Shown piece after piece: positions 39,942-52,700 of a stretch of DNA of 64,000 nt. The notes under the pieces were generated by a model. It was given only the letters and a program-made list of their open reading frames with translations, was not told where the DNA came from and searched no databases. Both the position numbers and the translations under genes were made by a program. How positions within the stretch are numbered: position 1 is the first letter of the stretch; each line of letters begins with the position of its first letter. Origin of the DNA: Hypanus sabinus (lineage: Eukaryota). Location: contig NC_082721.1 in assembly GCF_030144855.1 (NCBI RefSeq), positions 82,894,001-82,958,000 of the forward strand, given 5' to 3'.

Positions 39942-40223
39942 TTTTCTCCAACCCTGAAATCTACATCCCAATCGCCACTGAGGGTATTCCAGTGAATATT
40001 ATCTGCAGAGTGTTTGATGTCTCAAGCAAACTTCAACTCAGACTGAAGGAGGGAAGTGAGATATTAGTGAGCAGGTCAGCCAGTACTAGGCTGACTATCT
40101 ACCACACTGTGAATCCATGAGCAGAGCTGAATGGACAGCAGTTCACCTGCGAGGCCGAGCTGACACTTCACCATCACTCCAACACCATTGTTAAACGACA
40201 GTCCGCCACTCTCGATGTCCCTG
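39942..40223 (+). pseudogene. Copy B D4 exon with nonsense codon
   Basis: 282 nt, splice sites intact, CGA>TGA at 40118-20. Confidence 0.88.
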
Positions 40224-41219
40224 GTGAGTGACATCACACTGGTACCACCTGGTAGTGATGTGTGAGGTTATCTGTTGTTAGTTATTTTCATTTTATTTTG
40301 TTGCCTTTGTGGTATATGTCAGTGATTCTTTAAGCAGAAGGTTTAAATAAGAATTCTGGATATGTGTTGAAGAAAGCATAGAACTACAGGAATTATCAAT
40401 AGCCAAGTCTGAAGTTCAAGCTTTCAGTAAACAGTGGGCTATGACACTCAAAAGCTCAAATTTCATTTATTGTCAAAGTGCATATATATAATCAAATGAG
40501 CTAAAGTCCGCAGAGTCCGTCCACAGACCCTTAGTTCAGCGCAGAGACGAGTAAGCTTCATGAGTAGTGATCTGAACTGGCCTGAACCACACCCTGATCG
40601 CTTCAATCTGGCCCCATGCCTTTGTCCAGACATTAAGTTCAATCGCTTCGATACGCTCTGTGGCCTGAACACTGCCACCTCAATTCAGCCTGTACCCAAT
40701 CTTTCTGATTCAGGACGTCACTTAAGTCATCCAAACATTAGGCTTAGGCCTCAAATCAGCGTGCACCCAACTTTTGCAATTCGGCCCGGTGCTTAAATCA
40801 GTCGAGCCTCAGGTCTTTCTCACTCTCGGTGATTACTCCACTGTGCTATGTTATCAATTTTTACTATACTTTTGTAATTGTATGTTTTTCTGCTATCATA
40901 ATTGTACACACTGCATGTGACTGTGTTTTGCACCTTGGCCCCGGAGGAAAGCTGTTTCATTTGGATGTGTTCACAGGGATGTTTGAATGACAGTTATACC
41001 TGGGGAATGGTTCTGCAAGCTCACTGCTGACTTCAGACACAAAAGAAACTCATCAATTCTGACCTGTCCATAACATCCCAGCACTTTTCCCTCACAGTTA
41101 CCAACTCCAGTTACAGTGAAAACAACCGCACGGGGCTAATTTCCTGTTACATGCCTGTGGTGATACTCAGCTGTGGAGAGAGGCTCCTCATCCCATCAGT
41201 CCCATAGGTGCGCACTTGC

Positions 41220-43850
41220 TTGCAAATTAACCCAAAGCTAGATCCGCATTTCAGACTCAAGTATCTTCTTTTGAATTAGTTCAATGTTTTGAAGTTACAA
41301 AACATAACATGGGCAACAAGGTTTTTAAATGAACACAAGGCAGCTATTGACTTGTTAAACTACAGCGAGACATTTGAACTACAACAAAAGACAGTGAGCA
41401 AAAATACGTGGCCCAACACATACAGTAACATCAAGGCAAATATAATCGCCAATGAGAAACAAGTACCTATTTTGCTAGTACATGGGGTGGAAAGGCATAC
41501 AGTTTGCTTTGAAGTTTGAATGCTCCAACTAAGCCATTCAAAATTAGCTTTGCTGATGTTGTCAAAGTAATGTAGGAACATTTGGAACTATAAATCAAGG
41601 GATATGGGGACAAGGCAGGGACTGGGTATTGATAGTGAATGATCAGCCATGATCTCAGAATGGCGGTGCAGACTCGAGGGGCCTATGGTCTACTTCTGCA
41701 CCTATTGTCTATTGTCTATTGTAAAGCCTCTGTTGATTACAGAACGCTTTAGGATTCACAAGTGTAGTCAAAGACAAGGAGTCCTTTTGAGCGTATGTGG
41801 CGGAATTCAGGGATTATCTGTCTGAATATTGTCAGTTTGGTAATGATGCACTGAGAGATCATTTAGTTTGTGGAATCTTAAAAGAAAGCATCCAAAAGCT
41901 GCTGCTAACTGAAGCATGACTTGAATTTAAAGGAACAGTTTAAATTGCTGTTTCAATGGAAACAGCAGACAGAAGCAATTGAGTTGAAGACGGGAATGAA
42001 AGTGAGCATGAATAAATTTGTAGCATGTAAACAGAAACCAGCCTGGACAATAAATTTTGTTACTGTTGTGGCAGGGGCTCATGCAGATCAAACAAATCCA
42101 GATTTAAAAGAGAAACTCACAGAAAATGCAACAAAGTAGATTGCGTACAAAGAGCCTGTTGTGTAGACATAAATAAATTGACTGCACGGGGAAAAGACGA
42201 AGATTAAAAAGAGAAGTTGCAGTTTGAAAAAGAACACCAATCTGCATGTTGTTGATGAAAAATCTGATAATAATGAGAGTGACTTGGGTCTGTAGCCTTG
42301 AGATTTAGTGTGAAAATTAACAACAGACAAGCAATATGGCGCACTCCAGAGGGAGCGGCAAATTCATTTAAATGGAATTTCACACTAGCTCAGCTGTTTC
42401 AGTTGTTCTGCAAAATGAGTTTGAATATTATTTCAAAGATACTAAACTGAAGCCTGCAGATATCCAACTAAGAACTTATACTGGAGAAAAGGTATCTCCT
42501 GTGGGAATGACATCCATAACAGTGAAACGCAACAACCAACATAGAACATACAACATAGAACGTAGAACAACAACCAACATAGAACATACAACATAGAACT
42601 TGTATGTGGTAATAACAAGAGGATCAGCACTGTGGAGATGTGATTGGCTGAGACAATTGCAACTTGATTGGAGATCCATCCACGGTTCTCATGCCACATT
42701 CCTTGCAATGAAGCCATCCGAATCTGAAATGAGAAAGGGACTGGATGATGCCACAGCTGTCTCCATGCTGAACACCATGAACCGCCATCCAACAAAGGAC
42801 AGACAGGTGTTGGTGCCAACTTCTGTGCCTCTGGTTGGAAACCAAATTGGACTATGGAAGAACCATGCTGTTCAGATGAATCATGAAAGTGATGAAAGCT
42901 ATGGTCCAACTATGACAATTTTTGTCAATGACATGTCTGAGAAAGCTTCTGATATTTAATCAGGCAGTTAATTGCAAAGTATCACTTGGGTATAAGCTGA
43001 AAGAGTTTGAAGAGCTTCAGGTTAAGTTGCAAGCATTCGACTTTTGTGAGTATAAAGAAGAATCTACAGTGTCCATTAAGGTTATTGCATGAATTTCAAG
43101 TGGGAGACAAAAAGCTGTTTGTAAAAGTAGATGCAAAGACCAAAGCCCAGCTGGATGAAGGGAAGGAGTCAATGGAAATATGAAAACAGAGGATTTGTCA
43201 GATGATGTTGTGGATGAGGAAACAAAGAGGTGAGATCCAATCCTTAAGGAGCAGCAGAAGGATTAGTAAGAGAATACAGTGAACTAATTGAGGAAGGAGG
43301 ATCCTGCAGTCTCGCAAACAAATCCCACAATCACCACGGAGGGGACCCAGAACCCGAGATGGATTTCATAGCCACAAGACTCACCCGCGAAGCAGAATGA
43401 TATCTCCCTTGTTAGTAGATATCTTATTCTACAAGAGTAAGAAAGCCATTTACGGCAATTGCATCTTCAGGCCTGAATGGGACAATTCAAAAAATTTACT
43501 ATGCTGTAGATGTCTGTATATAGTAGCTGTATTATACAGTATATTCTCTATATAGTTGAATGCATTCTATATTGATTTGGAGTTTATCACTAAGCAGGGA
43601 GGAGTTTTGTGTATTTATTATTTCAATTACATTTGAGTAATCTTGTATAGATATTGTTTATGTATTCTTGTTCATCTAAGTAATTAATTACAGATTATAT
43701 GTAACAATATATTAATTGCATACATCATCGTGCTACCACGTGACACGTGCAGCCCTCACTTCGAAGTAAACTCAAACTTGCACCCACATTTCAGACTCCA
43801 ATGTCTTCCTTTGAATTTGTTTAACGTTTTGTAATTACCAGTTAATAGTT
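41220..43850 (+). mobile_element. Gypsy remnant orthologous to 12830-20110 (partial 5' LTR, gag, protease, 3' LTR at about 43505-43840)
   Basis: The LTR-end text catttcagactc...ttttgaatt...gtttt occurs at about 41245 and 43788. Protease MEFHTSSAVSVV. A small CR1 tail insertion lies at about 41595-41722. Confidence 0.75.
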
Positions 43851-44174
43851 ACCTCCCATAGATTCATCATGGTCTTCTTGTTTCTGGGTTCTTTTAGTAT
43901 ACATATTGATTTCTGAATTTCTGACAACAGATACTCTTCAAAATTTTATTTGTTAGCTGTAAAACACAGTAGGATTTTGTGAAATTCATTATGTAGATGT
44001 AAGTCCATTTTGAACATGAAGATGTGGAAATGAATATAAGGCATGAGTATTGAGTGGGAAATGTGAGAAAGCAGGGGAAGTGTCTGTTTATAAAAATGAT
44101 CAATAGCTTTATAATTAATGTGTTTGTTTCCAATTGTCAGTCTTGTATCACCGCCTTTGTGATTGTTTTTATAG

Positions 44175-44290
44175 ATTCACCCAGGTTATAAACATGGATA
44201 ATTCTAGTCGTTCTACCTTTGGTAATTGTTGGAATTCCACTCGCTCTGACACTGATCGTCTACAAGAAATGCGTGCGCCAAAGGCGGTGA
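44175..44290 (+). pseudogene. Copy B TM and cytoplasmic exon
   Basis: ttttatag|AT TCA CCC AGG TTA TAA ACA TGG..., then TWIILVVLPLVIVGIPLALTLIVYKKCVRQRR*. Confidence 0.85.
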
Positions 44291-46179
44291 GCTGAGAGTC
44301 TCTGGAAATGATGCCGGGATTATGACATAATGCACAAATATTGAAGTCAAGAATATTTAATATGAATGCAATAACATGCTGATTATGGACACATATTCTA
44401 GCGATGGTGTATTCTTATTGAGGGAAGCTTCTGACTGCAGTGTTAATACGTAACCCCACTTTACCTGCTCATTGCTGAGAATGCTCTGCGCTGGGGGTCC
44501 AATCTGAACCCATGTATTACAATGATTCCCACAGACACTGGATCATCACCTGCCAACTGGAACAGCAATGAAAGCCACAGATTACAGTGGTCCTGCACAT
44601 CAAATGTAATGAAGTTTGAATCAACGATGTTCCTGATTTACTTTGAACTCTTTCAAAACATCCTGAAGACTGGATTCGAGCAAGTAGCAAAATCTGATGT
44701 CAATTTGACTACAGTTTACTTAAGTGTATTTCTCTCTGTCTTACTGAATGCAAAGTTACATTTTCTACCTTTTCAGTTTACTGAGGCTGTTCTAGAGTTG
44801 TGGGGATTTTGGGGCACCGTAAACTGCACCCATTTATTCTGCAGCCATTTCTTTAACTCCCCGGGATAAAGACTGTCAGGCCAGTGGGACTGGTCGGGTT
44901 TTACTCTCCTCACTCTCTAGAATTCAATCCTTCGTGATGGTAATCACTTTAAGGTCCACATGGTCCTTTTCAGTCTCCCCGAGGTGAAAGCCAGGAATAG
45001 CACAGGCTTGATTCTTCTAAAAAGAGCTGGCAAAAATGTTACTGCAATGAACCAATCTGTCTTGTTCAAGCTGGTAGATCTATTCTGACCCCTTCCTCCA
45101 ATCCTTCTCTGTTCTCCCCATTTTGTCCCCTTTTCCTCAAATGCAACAACCCTCGCCACCCCCTTCAGTCCATCAACCCCATGATCTATTTATATTCTAT
45201 TCACCATCCTTGTTCCATCCACACACAGTTGGCTAATACACTTGCCCTCTCTCCTCTATCTAGTCCACCACCTGCCATTCACCTCCCCACTAATAGATCC
45301 CATTCTCACCAGGTACCAGCACTGGTGGCCCTTTGTATTTCTGCTTATCTACCTGCTGTAGAAGTCTCCAGATCTTACACTCCCCTCCTCCAACCTTGCT
45401 CCATCTGTCTTTCATTTTCCCCCTCTTTTTCTGCCTCCATCTTATTCATCTTCCATTATCTCCTAACTCCACTCCAAGCCATTCCCTGGCGCAGCTGTCT
45501 ATCGTCATACAACTCTCCTCAGCCCAGTAATCACTTTTGACTCCTGTATCGTCGTTCCTCCTGAGAGACCATCTCACTTCTCCCACTCTCAGTCCTGATG
45601 AAGGGCTTCAACTTGAAACAACACCATTTTCTTCTCTCCCACGGACACTGCTGGACTGACTTGCACAGTTCCACCAGTTGTTTGTTTGAAGAAGACAATT
45701 ATTTTAATTTCTTCTTTCTCTGTTTTATTCTTGTTCTAAATACTCACCCTTTATCTTATCATGGCCAACATCCTTGCTTCCTAAACTGCTTTCAGTCCTC
45801 ACGTTTTTAGATTTCCTGGGACATCTATGCTTTTTGATAAGCTTCTCTGAGGAACTTGCAAAAGTTGAAAATATTTAATGCAGGAGTTGGTTACTCTATT
45901 GCGTATTGCCTTTACTTAGGCTTTAAAAATTGTTGCCATATAAAATTAATTTACTGTTCTCATGAAGTACTGTGCATTTTATTAAGGTCTTGTCCACAGA
46001 TGAGTGTATCTTAAAGGCTAATTGATTATCCTTGAGTGGGTGAAAATAAAACATGGGTAACCCTGGTGACCTTGAAAGACGAGAGTTCTTGTACATTTAG
46101 TGAACAATAAAAAGGCAACATATGTACGGTTTAGGAAGCTGAAATCAGTCAAAGCCCTTGAGAATATAAAGGAAGCAGG

Positions 46180-46472
46180 TGTTACGTACCCCATAACTGG
46201 GCGTCTAACCAGCAGAGAAAGAAGAATCCGTTGGAGTCTGGTGGTACTATATCCAAGTGTTTATTGGTAAAATAAGCACATCAATATCAATAATGTGAAT
46301 ATATAGATAATAAACATTAGCAATAGTAAACCCAAAAATGTGGGAATAATAATAAGCAATAATAAACAAGCTCTATCGATGTCTAGGGGATAATGAATTG
46401 TCGTATAAAAGTATAAAGTTCAATTCAGTTCATATGTGCTGAGGTAGATATTGATTGTTGTGTTGTAATTCT

Positions 46473-46520
<48 letters not shown>

Positions 46521-47180
46521 AGTAACAGCTACAGGCAGGCAAACCTTCCTTTACGTTCTTGATCCGTTGATGTGTTGTGGCCATTCAGTTATGACCCCTC
46601 TGTCCTTCAGCTAGACCGTTCTTCTGTGGTGGACTCGTCACTCTGGCATGAGTGAACACACACATAAGCCCCCACCGGCCCTGCTATAACACTGTGAGTT
46701 TAACTGACCGATCTCCTTGTTCGGTCCCCGATGCCCCACACCTTCCCGTGGGTTCCAACACTCAATCAGTGTCCAATAGTGTGTCTCCTGGTGTGTCTGA
46801 GGGGTGTCTCCCCAGACCTCACTTTTATCCATACTCATGGGGTCTCAGTTGTCAATCAATTTTGAATGGCTGTGTCCATCAAACCAGCCCACTCCGGCTG
46901 TCCACTGAGGAATTTTAATGAATAGAATGGTATAAGATAAATAACCATCTCAGAAGCCATAAGTCTCTCAGAAGTCATGATATGGTGAATCAACAAGTCT
47001 CACTCCCCTGCTTTATCTCTCTATTATCTGTAACATACATTCTCTCATGTTTTCTTTTACATCTGTCTCTCTCATTAGCAGCATAGCAACAGTAACGGTT
47101 TGTGATTCTCCCGGGGGGGGGGGGGAACATGGGCAACTCTGCACCCTTCTGCCCATCAGAGCTGTTCATCCTTCATAACA
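46180..47180. mobile_element. Solo LTR, 1001 bp
   Basis: TGTTA...TAACA termini with a 4-bp TSD CAGG (46176-79 and 47181-84). The paralogous site near 22608 (ggaagtaggaaagaaattc) is empty. Confidence 0.85.
46475..46518. repeat. (GA)22 microsatellite inside the solo LTR
   Basis: Read directly from the sequence. Confidence 0.95.
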
Positions 47181-47249
47181 CAGGAAAGAAATTCAATCAG
47201 AAATTTGGTGAATTAAAAGGGCTAAGAAATGTCCTTGCCAAGTGGGATT

Positions 47250-48450
47250 AAAGAGAATTACAAGGCATTGGATAGGTGCATTGTGAACAAGATAATAGGA
47301 AACAAAAGGGTTGGTCCAATCTTGGACAATAGAGGTCATTTGTTCACAAAGGCAGAGGAAGTGGGTGAGGTCTTTAAAGAGAACTTTTTATTGATGAATA
47401 TCATAGACCATATAACCGTATAACAATTACAGCACGGAAACAGGCCATCTCAGCCTTTCTAGTCCATGCAGAACGCTTACTCTCACCTAGTCCCACTGGC
47501 CCGCACTCAATTAAGGTGGAGTATGTTGATTTGGTAAAGGGGACTTATTTGCAATAGTCAGCCTGGCTTTCTCATGGGGAGATTCACTCTCACAAGCTTG
47601 ACTGAAATTTTTGAGAGACTGGCACAGATAATTTCTCTACATGAACATCAGTACAGTATTTGACAAGGTACCTACCTAATGGTAGGATGGTCCAGATCAC
47701 AAGTGGATCTGCGGATGCTGGAAATCTTAAGCAACATGCTTTAGCTAGACCAACTCAGCAAATCAGGTAGCAGCTCTGGTGAAGATTATAGTCGACATTT
47801 CAGACCAAGAAACTCATGTGTTGTAGGGTCTCTGCACTAAATATTGGTAAGTTAACTGTGTATTCCCTGCCTAAGATGCTGCCTGACTTGATGAGTTCAT
47901 CTAGTTAAATCCTCTGAACCAGACTATATTTAGTGCAGAGACTTTACAACAGATGGGTGTCTTGGCCTGAAATGTTGACTGTGGATTCTCCACCATAGAT
48001 GCTGCCTGACTTACCGAGTTCATCTAGCTAAAGTGTGTTGCTCAATGTCTGCAGATCCCCTTGTGTTCTGGACCACCAGTCCATGAGGTACCTTGTCAAG
48101 TACTGTACTGATGTTCATATAGACAACATCCACTGTCCAACCATCACAAATTATCTGCATCACTCCCTCAAAAAATCCAGTCAAGCTTCTGAGAGTGGAC
48201 CTCCCCATGAGAAAGCCAGGCAGAACGTGGCTAATAAGTCTATCCTTTACCAAATCAACATATTCCCCATTAACCTTACCATCTTCTATGATCTTCTCTC
48301 TGGTGAACACCAATGAAAAGGACCTCACCCACTTTCCTCTGCCTTTGTGACCGAATGCCCTGCATTGTCCATGGTTGCACATAACCTTTTGACTCCCACC
48401 ATCTTGCCTCCAATACACCTGTAAAATGCCTTGAGATTCTCCTGTTGCTG
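47250..48450. repeat. Old inverted duplication (palindrome) of CR1 and Penelope-derived sequence
   Basis: Exact 17-bp inner arms at 47828-47844 and 47926-47942. Outer arms are diverged reverse complements. Confidence 0.75.
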
Positions 48451-49707
48451 CCATTGTTTAGGGCATTGAGTATAAAGATTGGGAAATCACGTGGCAGCTG
48501 GTGCAGCTTTGGTTTGACCACATATGGAGTTCTGTGCGCAGAATTGGTTTTCACCTTTCAGGAAGGCTTTGGAGAGGGCACAGAACAGGTTCACCAGCAT
48601 GATGCCTGGATTGGAGTGTATTACCTGTCAGGAGAGAATGGACCAACAAGTGTAGCAGTTAGCGTGACACTATTACAGATTGAGGTGTTAGACTTTGAAG
48701 TTCAATTTCAGCACCAAATGTTCTCCCTTGTTCTGCCTTGTTTTCCTCCAGATGCTCCAGATTCTCAACACAGTCCAAAGACGTACCAGTTAGTAGGTTA
48801 AAATTATCCTGGGATTAGGCTCGTGTTAAAAAAGTGGGCTGCTGGGTGGTGTGACTCATTGATCTGGATGGGCCTATTTCATGCTGTATCTCTGAAAGCG
48901 TATAAAATCAATAAATAAAGTGGAACTGTTTTCACTGGTATATCACAGAAGAGATAGGTGTGTAGTCAGAGACTTTGCCCCAGGTGAAAAAGATCGGTGC
49001 AGACAACGTGGGCCAAGAGGCCTGTGTCTGTGTTCTACTGGTCTATCTTCGAGGAATGCTACTTTTTGGGTGCATATGAATTATCTTGCTGCAGTTTGAT
49101 CAACATTTGTAGGGTTAATCGAGGCTCAGAAGTAATGATGTCACAGAATAGTATTTCATGCCAACTGGTGTGGTATATTCTACAAGTAGGTACATTGGAA
49201 TATTACCTCCTTCAGATTCTCCCCACCCCTATGTCAGAGACCACCTTGACATGGGAACCCACTGTCATTGACCATCATCACTGTGAGAACCTGCTGTGGA
49301 GGTCTGGGAGGGAATCTTCACCAGAGGATTGTAGCAGCTCAGAGAGCTGCCTGACCACCGCCTCTCAAGGCAAATTATGGGTGGGCAATGTTGCTGGTCT
49401 TTTCAATCGGATAATTCAAAAAAGTTAACAAAGAATTCAGCTTTTGACTCTCTGCCTGGATTTGGGCGTTAACGCGAGTGTGAGCTGGAGATCTGCAGGT
49501 GATTGTAAGACAGTCAGCTCCAGGCATTTCCGTCTGTTATCGCCTGACCGAACTTCCTCGGAGTATTGGAGCTTCGTGAACTCATTGAGACACAGAGACG
49601 CTCTTAGTCAGTCGTGACGAACAGATTTCTCTTCGGGAGCTTTCTGACATTTATCAAAGTCTGAGGGTTTTGACAAAACAACATATCCTGCGGCGATTTC
49701 AGAAGCT

Positions 49708-49774
49708 ATGAATTTCAGGCCGATTTCACTGAGCGAATCAATTTTCGCTTTCACTTTACTTTTTATCGTAACAG
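49708..49774 (+). CDS. Copy C exon 1, signal peptide MNFRPISLSESIFAFTLLFIVT(G)
   Basis: ATG at 49708, 67 nt, donor AG|GTAGGT. Confidence 0.85.
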
Positions 49775-52700
49775 GTAGGTAAAATCTTTTTTTAAATATT
49801 CAATATACATGTATTTACGCGAACTCACACAGTATTAGATGGTAACTGTACTTAGTAACTGCATTTTTTGCGGTTTATTCTGCGGACCGTTACTCGTTTC
49901 CTGTTTTACTTCGTCGTCTTTTGTTTGGCGGAACAAAAGAGAAATTTCACATTGGTTTGTACTTAAACTGCAGAATGGCTGGAGAGAAAAAAAATTGTGG
50001 GGGGGTGGAATGGGCGCAATTCACAGACGAGCTTTAAAACAGCTGCACACTTAATGAATCTTACACGCCCATGATGTCGGAAGCGTGGCATTTTGTTTCA
50101 GGGTTACTGCTCTCTCCTCCCACGTTCGGTATTGAGGACCGGACGCGGGCTGATATGTTCCAGACCAAGCGCCTCTTGATGATCCATTCCCACTCCCCGT
50201 CCGAGCGTAAAACTGTGGATCAGCCGCCAAGATTCAAATGATCACAGATACAATGGGGCCAGTTTTTGTTTGTTGTCCAAACAACCTCAGTGGCAACTTT
50301 ATCACTTACCTCCCTGTACCTAATAAAGTGGCCACTGAGTGAACGCGTTCTCCAGAGCTGCAGCCTACCCATCTTAGGGTTCGACGTGCTGTGTTTTTCT
50401 GCACAGCCCTGTTGTAAATGTGTGGTTATTTGAATTACTGTCGCCTTCCTGTCAGCTTGAACCAGTCTGGCCATTCTCCTCTGACCTCATGGACAAGCCT
50501 TTTACACCCACAGAACTGCCGTTCACTGGATGTTTTCCCCGCAACATTCTCTGCGAAGGCTGTTGAATAAGTGAAAGTCTCAGATCAGCGCTTTCTGGGA
50601 TACTCAAAACATCCCAACAATTATTTCATGGTCAAGGGCACCTAGACCACATCTTTTTCCCATTATGTCTGTTGGTTTAAACTCCCACTGAGCCTCTTAC
50701 AGTACACTCAAAATGCTGGCGGAACCCCACAGGCCAGGACGCAACCACAGAAACGAGTCGGCAGTCACCCTTTCAGGCTGAGACCCTTCATCAGGTCTGG
50801 GGAGGAAGGGGAGAAGTCAGAAGTAAAAGGTGGCAGCTGATAGGTGAAACCGGGAGAGTGGGAAGGGGTGAAGTAAGGAGTTGGGAATTCGATTGGGGAA
50901 AGAGCTAAGGGGCTGGAGAAGAAGGAATAGAACATAGAAATCTACAGCACATTACAGGCCCTTCGGCCCATAATATTGTGCCGACCATATAACTTCCTCC
51001 AGAAACTGCCTAGAGTTTTCCTACCACATAGCCCTCTATTTTTCTCAGCTCCATGTACCTATCGAAGAGTCTCTCTTAAAAACCCTATTGTATCCATCTC
51101 CACCACCATTGCTGGCAGTGCATTCCACACACCTACCACTCTCTGTGTGAAAAATTTACCTCTGACATCCCCTTACTTCCAAGCACCTTAAAAGTACGCC
51201 CCCTCATGTTAGACATTTTAACCCTGGGAAAAAGCCTCTGTCTATCCACATGATCAATGCCCCACATCATCCTATACACCTCTGTCAGGTTATCTCTCAT
51301 CCTCCATCGCTCCAAGGAGAAAAGGCTGAGTTCACTCAATCTATTCTCATCAGGCATGCTCCCCAATCCAGGCAGCATCCTTGTAAATCTCCTCTGCACC
51401 CTTTCTATAATTTCCACTTCCTTCCTGTAGTGAGGTGACCAGAATTGAGCACAGTTCTCCAAGTGGAGTCTGACCAGGGTCCTATATAGCTGCAACATTA
51501 CCGCTTGGCTCGTAAAGTCAATCCCACTGTTGATGAAGGCCAATGCACCGTATGCTTTCTTAACCACAGAGTCAACCTGTGTAGCAGCTTTGAATGTCCT
51601 ATGGATTCAGACCCCAAGATCCCTTTGATCCTCCACACTACCAGGAGTCTTACCATTAATGCTATATTCTGCCATCATATTTGAGCTACCATAATGAACC
51701 ACCTCACGCTTACCTGGGTTGAATTCCATCCTCTACTTCTCAGCACTGTTCTGCATCCTATCGATGTGCCACTGTAACCTTTGACAACCCTCCAGACTAT
51801 CTACAACATCCCCAACTTTTGTGTCATCAGTAAACTTGCTAGCCCACCCTTCTGCTTCTTCATCCAGGTCATTTATAAATATCACAAAGAGCAGGGGTCC
51901 CAGAACAGATCCCCTGCAGAACTCCACTGGTCTCCAATCTCCATGCAAAATATGAAACATCTACAACCATCCTTTACATTTGTGGGCAAACTAATTCTGG
52001 ATCCATAAAACAAGGTCTCCTTGGATCCCATGCCTCCTTACTTTCTGAATTAGCCTCACAAGGGGAACCTTATCAAATGCCTTACTGAAATCCATATACA
52101 CTGCTCTTCCTTCATCAATGTCTTTTTGTTACATCCTGACAGAATTCAATCAGGCTCATAAGGCATGAGCTGCCTTTGACAAAGCCATGCTGACTATCCC
52201 TTATCAGATTATATCTCTCCAAATGCTCATAAATCCTGCCTCTCAGCATCTTCTCCAACAACCTGCCCACCACTGAAGTAAAATTCACTGATATATAATT
52301 TCCTGGGTAATCACTACTCCCTTTCTTGAAAAAGGAACAACAATTGCAACCTTCCAATCTTTTGGTAATTCTCCCATCCCTATTGATGATACAAAGGTCA
52401 TCGTCAGAGGCTCAGCAATCTCCTCCCTTGCTTCCCACAGTAACCCGGGGTATATCTCATCCAGTCCCAGAGACTTATCTAACTTAATGCTTTATCAAAA
52501 GCTCCTGGGCACAATCTCTTTCTCAATGACCATATTCTCAAACGTTTCAGTCATCCCCACAATTGCCTAGGTCCTTTACATTGGTGAACACCGAAGCAAA
52601 GTTCTCATTAAGTACCTCCGCTACCTCCTCCAACTCCATGCACACATTTCCACTATTGCTCTTCATTAGTCCTATTCTCTCACATCTTATCCTCTTGCTT

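Larger units (their letters stand above)
26635..44290 (+). pseudogene. ICAM/VCAM-like gene copy B, pseudogene (exons 26635-26701, 29414-29684, 30217-30528, 31703-31994, 39942-40223, 44175-44290)
   Basis: Start ATG became AGT, with an in-frame upstream TAG at 26596-98. D1 has Cys>Ser, Cys>Tyr and a 5-nt deletion. D3 has a 2-nt deletion. D4 has CGA>TGA (40118-20). The TM exon has an in-frame TAA (44189-91). Confidence 0.92.

Noticed and set aside
42530-42600. Short tandem (AACATAGAAC-like) repeat inside the Gypsy protease region
   Set aside because: It is the reverse complement of a CR1 (TTCTATG)n tail, so an abortive insertion and not a distinct element.
48997-49428. Open frame shared with 23153-23413 (LQVGTLEY...DHHHCENLLW...) as a small intergenic gene
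   Set aside because: The copies differ by a 1-nt indel upstream (tatagttct vs tatattct), the 3' part resembles a LINE 3' end, and it is simply part of the duplicated unit.
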